This document shows, piece after piece, positions 30,238 to 38,889 of a DNA stretch of 64,000 nucleotides (position 1 is the first letter of the stretch; the number at the start of each line of letters is the position of its first letter). The stretch lies in contig JBGQLG010000008.1 in NCBI GenBank assembly GCA_041499965.1, positions 6,360-70,359 on the forward strand, in the 5' to 3' direction. Source of the DNA: Candidatus Methylomirabilia bacterium (GTDB lineage: Bacteria; Methylomirabilota; Methylomirabilia; Rokubacteriales; CSP1-6). Under the pieces are notes generated by a model. That model worked only from the letters and a program-made list of their open reading frames with translations. It searched no databases and was not told where the DNA came from. A program made the translations under genes and the position numbers.

Positions 30238-31842
30238 TCAGGCCGCCCGCCGCCGCCACACCGACCAGCCGCCCTGCCCCCACACGCGCTCGAAGTCGGC
30301 CGGCGGCGCGGCCGCCGCCCCGGGCAGCCCTGGATCGAGCACCGCGTAGTCGGCGCCGAGCCGGCGGGCGAGCGCGAACCAGCAGCCGGCACCGCCGGCG
30401 CCGCGGCAGACGGTGCGCTCGCGCTCGAGCGCGTACCACTCGGCCAGCGGGCCGCTGCCGGCCAGGAACATCAGCGCGCCGTCCTTGAACGAGCCGGTGA
30501 TCGCCCGGCGCGTGCGCAAGCGAAACTCGAAGTCGTCGGTGAAAAACAGCGCCCCGGACGGCGTGGCGGTGGACGTCCACGCCCACAGCGCCCGCCGGGG
30601 CCCGAGATCGGGGGTCGCCGCCGCCACCGGCGGTGGTCCCATGCCGAGTGCGTGCTTGACCCGCGCGCGGGTGTCCGCGGAGACGGCGTGAATCACCGCG
30701 CCCGGCGGCACCAGTGAGACGACCACGAGTGCGACGGCGACGACGAGCGCGCGGGCGCGGCGCGCGGCGAGCAGGTGCCCGTAGACGAGCGCGAGGCCGC
30801 CGAGCAGGAGCGGATAGAGCAGCCGCAGTATGCGCAGCTCCTGGATGTCCACGTAGGGCCGGTCCAGCGAGGCGCCGAGCACTTGGATGGCCGCGGTGCC
30901 GCCGAAGCCCACCACGAGGATGGCGCCCATCACCGGCGTCAGCGGCGTGAGCACCGCGTTCGGTTCGCCGCGCCGCCGCCACCAGAGCCAGGCGGCCAGC
31001 GGCACGGCCATGTGAAAGGCGACGGAGAGCAGCGCGTTGAGCGCGATCGGGTAGAAGAGATACGCGAAGCGATAGTCGAGCGCGGCCCGTACCATCGCCG
31101 GTGCGCCACCCCCGACGCGCCCGGTGAAGAACGGCACCGTGTAGGGCAGCGTGCCCGCCGCGAACAGCGCCACGCCGAGCGCCACCTGCCCGAGGGCGCG
31201 CCGGCTGCGCTCCTGCCACAGGTGGGCCACCGCGGTGACCTGGGCCAGGTGGTAGGCCGAAACGGGATGGACGTTGAACAGCACGCCGAGGATCCCCCAG
31301 TACGCGGGGAGCCAGGGCCGCCGCCGCGCTGCCAGGAAGAGCAGCAGCAGCGGCGGAATGAGTCCGGCCAGAATCGTGCGGGTGGCCGCCGAGGCGATTC
31401 CGTCGAGCCCCCACACCTCGCCGCCCAGCGCGTTGCGCAGCGTCACCGCGCCCAGCGTCGCCAGCGCGGCCGGCGCCGGCCGTCCGGCCACCGCGCGGAA
31501 GAACACGTAGTGGCCGGCGATGAACACGGCGCCCATCGCCCAGCCGAGCCAGGCCAGCGCGCGCTCGACGTCGCCGCCGAGGCGGCGGGCCAGCGCGGCG
31601 TGCACGTCGAGGAACCACGGCACGTGCAGCAGGTCGGGGTCGTACCGGTAGAGCGCGTCGCGCGCGAACGTCTCGGGGGCGAGCTTCTTGACGACGAGCA
31701 GGTCGTAGGCGTTCTGGTCGGCGCGAAGCTGGGCGTCGCCGAGGAGGATCAGCGCGCCGGACAGGGCCAGCGCGACCAGCCCGACGAGGACCGCCTCGCC
31801 GGCGCGGCGGCTCGTCAGCGGCGGACGCGCGGCCGGGCCCAC
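30238..31842 (-). CDS. Polytopic membrane protein with C-terminal soluble domain (unknown family; candidate polymerase or GT-C-like enzyme)
   Basis: About 12 hydrophobic helices followed by a ~110-aa hydrophilic tail. The start is uncertain: GTG 31842 (28-nt overlap) or CTG 31818 (CTGA overlap). Confidence 0.6.
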   Translation of the reverse strand: MGPAARPPLTSRRAGEAVLVGLVALALSGALILLGDAQLRADQNAYDLLVVKKLAPETFARDALYRYDPDLLHVPWFLDVHAALARRLGGDVERALAWLGWAMGAVFIAGHYVFFRAVAGRPAPAALATLGAVTLRNALGGEVWGLDGIASAATRTILAGLIPPLLLLFLAARRRPWLPAYWGILGVLFNVHPVSAYHLAQVTAVAHLWQERSRRALGQVALGVALFAAGTLPYTVPFFTGRVGGGAPAMVRAALDYRFAYLFYPIALNALLSVAFHMAVPLAAWLWWRRRGEPNAVLTPLTPVMGAILVVGFGGTAAIQVLGASLDRPYVDIQELRILRLLYPLLLGGLALVYGHLLAARRARALVVAVALVVVSLVPPGAVIHAVSADTRARVKHALGMGPPPVAAATPDLGPRRALWAWTSTATPSGALFFTDDFEFRLRTRRAITGSFKDGALMFLAGSGPLAEWYALERERTVCRGAGGAGCWFALARRLGADYAVLDPGLPGAAAAPPADFERVWGQGGWSVWRRRAA

Positions 31843-32519
31843 TCGCGGACCAGGAGAGCCCCGAACTTCAGACCCACCGGGATGGCGTTGAGCTTGGACA
31901 CCCCGCGGCCGATGCGGGGCGACTCCTGGGTCGGGATCTCGAGCACGCGGAGCCCGGCCTGGAGCGCGCGGATCGACATCTGGAACTCGATCGCGTACCC
32001 CTCGGCGTCGGGGGCCAGGCGCAGGAAGGCCGCGCGCGTGATGCCACGGTAGCCGTTGATGGTGTCCGAGATGGGCGTGCGCGCCCGGCAGAGCACGTTC
32101 ACCAGCCACGTGAACAGGAGATTGCCCCAGCGCCGGCTGGCGAACAGGAACTTGTCGTCGTCCTCGGACCGGGCGCCCCGCATGAAGCGCGAGGCGATGA
32201 CCATGTCGTAGCCGGCGGCCAGCCCCTCGATCAGCTTCGGGATGTCGTCGGGGTCCTCGTTGCCGTCGGGGCTGAAGAAGATCAGGCGATCGTTGCGCGC
32301 GTGCTGCACGGCCAGGCGGAAGGCCTCGCCCCGGCCGCGCCGCTCCTGGCGGATCACCCGCACCCCGCGCGAGGCGAAGAACTCCAGGGTGCCGTCGGTG
32401 GAGCCGCCGTCCACCACCAGGACCTCGTCCAGACAGTGCAGCGGTAGCTTCGGAAAGACGTCGGTGACACCGTCGATCTCGTTGAGGGTGAGCACGACCA
32501 GCGTGACGGCCAGCGTCAC
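31815..32519 (-). CDS. Glycosyltransferase family 2 (polyprenyl-phosphate glycosyltransferase-like)
   Basis: Motifs VVLTLNE and VVDGGSTDGT. The DPM1/ArnC-like layout has no TM tail. GTG 32519 gives a GTGA overlap, with GTG 32555 as the alternative. Confidence 0.8.
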   Translation of the reverse strand: MTLAVTLVVLTLNEIDGVTDVFPKLPLHCLDEVLVVDGGSTDGTLEFFASRGVRVIRQERRGRGEAFRLAVQHARNDRLIFFSPDGNEDPDDIPKLIEGLAAGYDMVIASRFMRGARSEDDDKFLFASRRWGNLLFTWLVNVLCRARTPISDTINGYRGITRAAFLRLAPDAEGYAIEFQMSIRALQAGLRVLEIPTQESPRIGRGVSKLNAIPVGLKFGALLVREWARPRVRR

Positions 32520-33472
32520 CGAACCGCCCCGGCGCCCTGCGTGCGCGTGTACCACTCGATCGTCCGGGCCAGCCCCTCGCGGAAGCCGATCTCCGCCTGG
32601 AAGCCGAACAGGTCCTTGGCGCGGGACACGTCGGCGCAGCGCCGCCGCTGCCCGCTCGGCTTGGAGGCATCGAAGACCAGCCGGCCACGGTAGCCGGTCA
32701 GCTCGGACAGCAGCCCGGCCAGGTCACGGATGGCGATCTCGAAGCCGGCGCCGAGGTTCACCGGCGCGGCGGCGTCGTAGCGCTCGGCCGCCAGCAGGAT
32801 GCCGCGAGCGGCGTCGTCCACGAACAGGAACTCCCGGGTGGCGAGGCCGTCGCCCCACACCACGATCTCGGGCGTGCCGGCGGCGGCCGCGTCGAGGAAG
32901 CGGCGGATCAGCGCCGGGATCACGTGGGAGCGCTCGGGGTCGAAGTGATCGCCGGGCCCGTAGAGGTTCATCAGCAGCAGGTGGACGGCGCTGAGGCCGT
33001 ACTGCGCGCGGTAGGCCTGCCCCTGCACCAGCAGCATCCGCTTGGCGGAGCCATAGGCGCCGTTGGTCGGCTCCGGGTAGCCGTCCCACAGCTCGTCCTC
33101 GCGGAACGGCACCCGCGCGTGCTCGGGGTAGGCGCACACCGAGCCGACGGCCACGAGCTTGCTCACCCCGGCGCGGCGCGCGTACTCCATGACCAGCGCG
33201 CCCATCATGGTGTTGGCGTAGAAGGTACGGCCGGGGTTGACGAGGTTGTAGCCGATGCCGCCGACGTCGGCGGCCAGGTGCAGCACGAGATCGACGGGGT
33301 GCGCGGCGAAGAGTCGGGCGACGTCGGCCTCGCGGGTCAGATCGAACTCGGCTCGCCGGGGCACCACCACGGTGGCGCAGCCGGCGGCCTGCAGCCGGGT
33401 CACGACCGCGCGGCCCAGGAAACCGGCCCCGCCGGTCACCAGCACGCGGGCGCCGGCGAGCGTCAGGCCCAC
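32516..33472 (-). CDS. GDP-L-fucose synthase / GDP-L-colitose synthase (ColC)-like SDR epimerase-reductase
   Basis: Motifs VLVTGGAGFLGRA and the catalytic Y in PTNGAYGSAKR. About 318 aa, consistent with the Fcl/WcaG family. Confidence 0.75.
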   Translation of the reverse strand: MGLTLAGARVLVTGGAGFLGRAVVTRLQAAGCATVVVPRRAEFDLTREADVARLFAAHPVDLVLHLAADVGGIGYNLVNPGRTFYANTMMGALVMEYARRAGVSKLVAVGSVCAYPEHARVPFREDELWDGYPEPTNGAYGSAKRMLLVQGQAYRAQYGLSAVHLLLMNLYGPGDHFDPERSHVIPALIRRFLDAAAAGTPEIVVWGDGLATREFLFVDDAARGILLAAERYDAAAPVNLGAGFEIAIRDLAGLLSELTGYRGRLVFDASKPSGQRRRCADVSRAKDLFGFQAEIGFREGLARTIEWYTRTQGAGAVR

Positions 33473-33477
33473 GTCTC

Positions 33478-33657
33478 CAGGCTCGCCTCGCCTACGGCTG
33501 CGGCTCGCACGATTTCGATTTTCAGGCTCGCCTCGCCGGTGGCTACGGCTCGCACGACTTCGATTTTCAGGCTCACCTCGCCGGCGGCTGCGGCTCGCAC
33601 TACCACCGTTCTCAGGCTCGCCTCGCCGGTGGCCGCGGCTCGCACTACCACTGCGCC
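33478..33657. repeat. Tandem repeat, 4 x 45 bp
   Basis: Units are 33478-33522, 33523-33567, 33568-33612 and 33613-33657, each starting CAGGCTC(G/A)CCTCGCC. They fill the gap between two operon genes, and the last unit overlaps the stop of the upstream gene. Confidence 0.9.
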
Positions 33658-34922
33658 ATGAACTCGTCCATGCACTCGAGGACGTACGCGCGGTCGCGCT
33701 CGCTGATGGCGTGGTGGTTGCCGATGAAGAACGACTGGCGCATGACCAGGTCGGCGTTGTCGAGCCGGCCGGCGATGCGGTGCGGGAAGAGCCGGATGGC
33801 CGGCTGGTCGCGGAAGTTGCCGGCCATGATCGGCCGCGTCTCGATCCGCTTGCTCTCGAGGAAGCGCACGAGCTCGTCACGTGTGAACGGCGCCCCCGGC
33901 CGCACGCTGATCGGATAGCCGAACCACACCGAGCGCGAGCCGTTGGTATCGCGGCCGGGGCACTCGCGCAGCCAGCGGGCGTGGCGGCGCAGCCCGGCGT
34001 TCCAGTAGTCCACGTTGTCCCGCCGCGTCTTGATGAAGGGCTCGAGCTTGGCCACCTGGTGCAGGCCGAAGGCGCCCTGCAGCTCCATCGGACGGAAGTT
34101 GTAGCCGAGGTTCACGAACAGGAAGCGCTCGTCGATGGGCGGGTTGGCGATCGTCGGCTTCTTCTTCACGTCGCGCGTCCAGCCATGGGCGCGCAGCATG
34201 CGGGCGAGGTCGGCCAGTGCGGAGTCGTCGGTGACCACCATGCCGCCCTCGATCGTGCTGATGTGGTGCGAGAAGTAGAAGCTGAAGGTGCCCAGGGCGC
34301 CGAAGGTGCCGACCATCTTGCCCTCGAACCGGGCGCCGTGAGCCTCGCAGGTGTCCTCGACGATCACCAAGTCGTGGCGGGCGGCCAGCGCGCCCAGCGC
34401 CCGCATGTCGCAGGCGTTGCCGAGCAGGTGCACCGGCATCAGCGCGCGCGTGCGCGGGCCGACGGCGCGGGCGGCCGCCTCGGGATCGATCGTGAACGTG
34501 TCGAGGTCGACGTCGACCAGCACGGGCACCAGGCCCACGTTCACCAGGGGGAAGTACGTCGTCGACCAGGCCACCGCCGGCACGATGACCTCGTCGCCGG
34601 GCCCGAGCGGCCGGGAGAAGGCGGGGTTGACCAGCGCGGCGGCCGCCACCAGATTGGCCGACGAGCCGGAGTTCACCATGACCGCCTCGGCCACGCCGAG
34701 ATACTCGGCCCACATCGCCTCGAAGCGGCGGACCTTGTCGCCCATGGTGACGCGCGTGGTGAGCAGCGAGTCGATCGCCTCGTTCACCTCGTCGGCGCCG
34801 TAGGAGGGCACGTGCAGGGGCAGCCGCACCTCGCCGGGACGGGCCGGGGGCGCCGGCAGGGTCAGGTACTGCTCGACCAGTGCGCGAATCTGGGCGGCGA
34901 GGGCCGGACGGGGATCGCTCAT
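33645..34922 (-). CDS. DegT-fold sugar 3-dehydratase, ColD/RfbH-like (His replaces the PLP lysine)
   Basis: Collinear with remembered E. coli ColD motifs: VPAVAWSTTYFPL, FSFYFSHHISTIEGG, RAHGWTR, GYNFRPMELQGAFG, VWFGY, RPIMAGNF, FFIGNH. ATG 34922 was chosen. Confidence 0.75.
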   Translation of the reverse strand: MSDPRPALAAQIRALVEQYLTLPAPPARPGEVRLPLHVPSYGADEVNEAIDSLLTTRVTMGDKVRRFEAMWAEYLGVAEAVMVNSGSSANLVAAAALVNPAFSRPLGPGDEVIVPAVAWSTTYFPLVNVGLVPVLVDVDLDTFTIDPEAAARAVGPRTRALMPVHLLGNACDMRALGALAARHDLVIVEDTCEAHGARFEGKMVGTFGALGTFSFYFSHHISTIEGGMVVTDDSALADLARMLRAHGWTRDVKKKPTIANPPIDERFLFVNLGYNFRPMELQGAFGLHQVAKLEPFIKTRRDNVDYWNAGLRRHARWLRECPGRDTNGSRSVWFGYPISVRPGAPFTRDELVRFLESKRIETRPIMAGNFRDQPAIRLFPHRIAGRLDNADLVMRQSFFIGNHHAISERDRAYVLECMDEFMAQW

Positions 34923-34944
34923 CGGTGGCGGGCCCTCGGACAGG

Positions 34945-36492
34945 TTAGCGGGCGGCCCCACCGGCCAGTCGGCGCCAGCGGCGGCGCGTGAAGAGCACGT
35001 CCACGAACCACTTGGCGTAGCGCGTCTCCTCGCGACCGGTCACCGTGGCCCGCACCAGCGCGCGGACCACGCGCCAGGGCCGGAGGGCGAAGGAGATCAC
35101 GTAGAAGTTCACGAACAGCCACAGCATCGTCCAGTACAGCCGCCGAGTGGAGACCGCGGGGGCGTAGGACGGGGCCTTGGCGGTGTAGAAGTCCATGGGC
35201 GAGATGAAGAAGTCGTCGTCGAGCTGGATCCGCCCCTCCCGCTGCAGCCGCCGGAACAGCTCGGAGCCGGGGTAGGGGACGAACTTGGAGACGGCCACGT
35301 CGTAGACGCCGAGCACGGCCATGCGGCGGATGAGCGAGAGCGTCTGGCGGAGCGTGCCCGGCGTGTCGTCGGGGAAGCCGATGACGATGAAGCAGGACAG
35401 CTTGAGGCCCCGCCGCACGGCCGCCCGCATCGCGATCAGCATGTGGTCGAGGTTCACCTGCTTCTTGACCGCCTTGAGGATGGTCTTGGAGCCGCTCTCC
35501 GGCGCGAAGGCCAGCGCCCGGCAGCCCGAGCGGTAGAGCAGGTCGGCCACCTCCTCGTCGAACACCTCGGCCCGGGTCCCGCTCGGCATCTGCCAGGTGA
35601 TGTGCAGGTTCCGCCCGATGAGCTCGCGGCAGAAGTCGACGATCCACTGCCGCTTCACGATGGCCGTGAGGTCCTGGAAGTCGAAGTTGGAGACGCCGTA
35701 CGTCTTGACGTACAGCTCCATCTCGTCGGCGAGCCGGCGCGGATCGCGGGCGATCCAGCGCTGCGTCCACATGCCGGGGTTCGAGCAAAACGTGCACTGG
35801 AACGGGCAGCCGCGGGTGCCGAGCATCGGCATCGAGCGGCCGAGGTTGATGCCGTTGGTCTGATGGCGCGTGATGTACTCGCGGATGGGGAACGCGTCCC
35901 ACTCCGGCAGCGGGATGGCGTCGATGTCACGCCGCCGCGGCGACAGCCCGGTCGTCACCATGCGCCCGTCGGCGCCGCGGAAGGCGATGCCCTTCACGTC
36001 GGCGAAGGGCCGGCCGGCCGCCCGCGCCCGCAGCAGCTCGACGAACGTCTCCTCACCCTCGCCCAGCACGACGACGTCGAACGAGCTGGTGGCCAGCACG
36101 TGCTCGGGCACCGCGGTGCCGTGCTCGCCGCCCAGCACGAGCAGCGCACTCGGGAACGTCTCGCGCACGGCCTCGGCCACCCGGTGGGCCAGCGGCCACA
36201 GCGTGCTGAACATGCACGAGACGCCGACGACGTCGGTGTCGGGATGGACGCGGCGCACGATCTCGTCGAGCGTGAGGCCCTGGACCATGAAGTCGGCGCG
36301 GTCGGGGTACGGCGACACGGCGTCGAGGGCCTCGCCGGTGGCGTCGATGACGTGGTGGGGAAAGCCCGCCTCGCCGAGCGCCGCGGCGACGTAGGCGAGG
36401 CCCAGCGGTGGATTCGGGGTGTGCATCTGGAGTCCCGAAAAGGTCTTGATTCCCGGGGGGTTGATGAGGGTGATCATGTGCTGGGAACTCAC
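34945..36492 (-). CDS. B12-binding-domain radical SAM protein (class B)
   Basis: N-terminal cobalamin-binding-like domain and a canonical CX3CX2C cluster (GTRGCPFQCTFC). 515 aa. Confidence 0.85.
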   Translation of the reverse strand: MSSQHMITLINPPGIKTFSGLQMHTPNPPLGLAYVAAALGEAGFPHHVIDATGEALDAVSPYPDRADFMVQGLTLDEIVRRVHPDTDVVGVSCMFSTLWPLAHRVAEAVRETFPSALLVLGGEHGTAVPEHVLATSSFDVVVLGEGEETFVELLRARAAGRPFADVKGIAFRGADGRMVTTGLSPRRRDIDAIPLPEWDAFPIREYITRHQTNGINLGRSMPMLGTRGCPFQCTFCSNPGMWTQRWIARDPRRLADEMELYVKTYGVSNFDFQDLTAIVKRQWIVDFCRELIGRNLHITWQMPSGTRAEVFDEEVADLLYRSGCRALAFAPESGSKTILKAVKKQVNLDHMLIAMRAAVRRGLKLSCFIVIGFPDDTPGTLRQTLSLIRRMAVLGVYDVAVSKFVPYPGSELFRRLQREGRIQLDDDFFISPMDFYTAKAPSYAPAVSTRRLYWTMLWLFVNFYVISFALRPWRVVRALVRATVTGREETRYAKWFVDVLFTRRRWRRLAGGAAR

Positions 36493-36496
36493 GCGA

Positions 36497-37612
36497 TTAT
36501 ACAGCAGCCACCCGCCGGAGCAGCGCGATCTCCGTCGTCACGAGGGCTGCCAGGTCGTAGCGTGCGACCACCATCGCCCGGCCGGCCCGGCTCAGCGACT
36601 CGACCAGGGCGGCGTCGGTCAGCAGCCGGGCCAGCCGGTCCGTCAGCTCGTCGGCCCGGTGCGGGTCGAAGAGCAGCCCGGTCTCGCCGTCGACGACGAG
36701 CGAGCGATTGCCCTCGCAGTCGGAGGCCACGCACGGCACGCCGGAGGCCATCGCTTCCAGCAGCACCTTGGGATGGCCCTCGGTGAACGAGGCCAGCACG
36801 AAGGCGTCGGCGGCGGCGTAGAGAGTCGGCAGCCGCTCCTGGGGCACGACGCCGGGAAACTCGACGTCGACGCCGGCGGCGCGAGCCTGCTCGTGCAGCC
36901 GCGCCTGGAGCGGGCCGGCGCCGACCAGCACCAGCCGGATCGGCACCCGACGCTGGAGCGCGGCGGCCGCCGCGATGACCGTCTCCAGATTCTTCTCGGC
37001 CGAGAAGCGGCCGACGTAGAGCACGCGCGCCGGCCGTCCCGGTTCGCGGGGAGCGGCCGCCGGCGTGAAGTGTCGCGTGTCGACGCCGTTGGGCACGAGG
37101 TGGACCTCGCGCGCGACCCGGGCGGCGCGCGCCCGCAGCGCCTCGGTCGTGGCGATGACCGCGGTGGCGCGGCGCAGCCCCACGCGCTCGAGGGCCGCCT
37201 TCAGTACGCGCGTCGGCCCCGGCCTCGACAGCTGCGCGTAGGAGAAGCCGTAGGTCGTCACGTACGGTCGACCGAAGCGCGCGTTGGCGACGATGGCCGG
37301 GATCGTCCCGGTCACCTGGAAGACCCGCAGCACCGCGCACTCGCGAAGGCGCGCGGCTTCCGTCCAGGGAAGTGTGACCGCCCGGCGCCCGCGGCTCACG
37401 GGGCGTGAGGGGGCGACGACCTCGGCGCGCTCGAGCAAGGCGGGGTCGCTCGTGTACTCGCGAAGCGACTCGACGAGATACGTGAAGTAGACGACGTGCT
37501 CGAAAGACGCGACGTACCGGGCCAGGTAGCCGCTGAGCAGGCGGTGGGTCTGGCCGGTGGTGGCGAGCTCGCCGAGCCCGCCGCCGAGCGCGGGGAGCAG
37601 ACCCAGCGTCAC
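36497..37612 (-). CDS. Glycosyltransferase family 4
   Basis: GTGA overlap. The C-terminal GT-B domain carries SFTEGHPKVLLEAMASGVPCV. Confidence 0.85.
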   Translation of the reverse strand: MTLGLLPALGGGLGELATTGQTHRLLSGYLARYVASFEHVVYFTYLVESLREYTSDPALLERAEVVAPSRPVSRGRRAVTLPWTEAARLRECAVLRVFQVTGTIPAIVANARFGRPYVTTYGFSYAQLSRPGPTRVLKAALERVGLRRATAVIATTEALRARAARVAREVHLVPNGVDTRHFTPAAAPREPGRPARVLYVGRFSAEKNLETVIAAAAALQRRVPIRLVLVGAGPLQARLHEQARAAGVDVEFPGVVPQERLPTLYAAADAFVLASFTEGHPKVLLEAMASGVPCVASDCEGNRSLVVDGETGLLFDPHRADELTDRLARLLTDAALVESLSRAGRAMVVARYDLAALVTTEIALLRRVAAV

Positions 37613-38889
37613 GCCGCGCACACCGCCGCGTAGAGGGCGACCAGGCGGTCGACGCTGGCGTCCGCGGCGAACCGCGTCTCCACGCGCCGGCGCGCAGCGG
37701 CGCCGAGACGGGCGGCGAGCGCCGGATCGCCCAGCAGCCGCTCGACGGCGCCGGCCAGCGCCGCCGGATCGTGGCGCGGCACCAGCAGCCCGGTCTCGCC
37801 GTCGATGATCAGCTCCGGCGTTCCGCCGACGGCGGTGCCGATGACGGGCCGCCCCGCGGCCATTCCCTCCAGCACGACGCGGCTGAACGCATCCGGGATC
37901 ACCGACGGCACCGCGACCATCTCGGCCCCGGCATAGAGCGCCAGCACCTCGGGGTTCGGCAGTGGACCGAGGTGGCGCACCCACGGCACGGAGGGCACGG
38001 GAACCGGCCCGTCGCCGACCAGCACGAACAGCACGTCCGGATGCCGCCGGTGGACGTGCTCGCCGGCGGCCAGAAAATCGGCGGCGCCCTTGCCCGGCGA
38101 GAGCTTGCCGACGAAGAGCACGATCCGGCCGGCGAGGTCGTGACGCCGCCGGGCGGCGACGCCGTCGGCGGCCGACGAGGGCACGCCGAGCGGCGGGATC
38201 GTGTACACCGTCTCCACCCGGCGCGCTCGGGCCAGCAGCCCCGAGCGCCGGTAGATCCCGAGGATCCCGTCGCTGACGCCGATCACCGTGTCCACGCGCG
38301 CGATGAAGCGCTGCTTGAAGCAGGCGTCGAGCCAGCCGTGCAGGAAGGCCAGCTTCGTGCGCAGGCGGCCGCGGCGCCCGCGCATCCAGCCGTCGAAGTA
38401 TTCCACCGAGCACTCGCGCCACAGCTTGCCCAGCCCGCAGTCCGGCGGCCGGCGGTCGTGATGGTGCAGGCACACCGGGGCGGCGTCGATGAGGCTGCCG
38501 TCGCGGATCGTCAGCAGCACCGGCCGGCCGGTCAGCGCGCGGGCGAGCACGCCCGGCACCAGCATGTGCTTGTTCTGGACGTGGAGGACGTCGACGCCCT
38601 CGGCCCGCGCCAGCCGCGCGACCTGCAGGCCGGCGTAGAGATAGAAGAGCGGATTGGCCAGCACCTTGGCCGGGGCCACCGCCCGCCCGGGCGGACGCTT
38701 GACCGGGAACGCGAAGCGGCGCACCCGGAAGCCGTCGCGCGTCTCCACCGGCGGCGCCCCCCAGTTCGGCGTGATGACGACCACCGCGTGCCCGCGCGCC
38801 ACCAGCGCGCGGGCGAGTGCCTCCACGCTCCACTCCGCCCCGCCGGGCGCGTGCGGGGGAAAGTACTCGTTGACGAGCGCGATCCTCAT
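37609..38889 (-). CDS. Glycosyltransferase family 4
   Basis: ATGA overlap. Motifs MRIALVNEYFPPHAPGGAEWS and PSVIPDAFSRVVLEGMAAGRPVI. Confidence 0.85.
   Translation of the reverse strand: MRIALVNEYFPPHAPGGAEWSVEALARALVARGHAVVVITPNWGAPPVETRDGFRVRRFAFPVKRPPGRAVAPAKVLANPLFYLYAGLQVARLARAEGVDVLHVQNKHMLVPGVLARALTGRPVLLTIRDGSLIDAAPVCLHHHDRRPPDCGLGKLWRECSVEYFDGWMRGRRGRLRTKLAFLHGWLDACFKQRFIARVDTVIGVSDGILGIYRRSGLLARARRVETVYTIPPLGVPSSAADGVAARRRHDLAGRIVLFVGKLSPGKGAADFLAAGEHVHRRHPDVLFVLVGDGPVPVPSVPWVRHLGPLPNPEVLALYAGAEMVAVPSVIPDAFSRVVLEGMAAGRPVIGTAVGGTPELIIDGETGLLVPRHDPAALAGAVERLLGDPALAARLGAAARRRVETRFAADASVDRLVALYAAVCAA

Noticed and set aside
33478-33657. CRISPR array.
   Set aside because: The repeats are directly adjacent with no spacers, there are no cas genes in the window, and the unit has no palindromic character.
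33463-33675. 70-aa ORF encoding a repetitive peptide (AATGEASLK... x4) across the 45-bp tandem repeats.
   Set aside because: Its start lies inside the ColD-like gene, it has no SD sequence, and its repetitiveness is simply a consequence of the DNA repeat. It is kept only as a possibility under the tandem-repeat finding.
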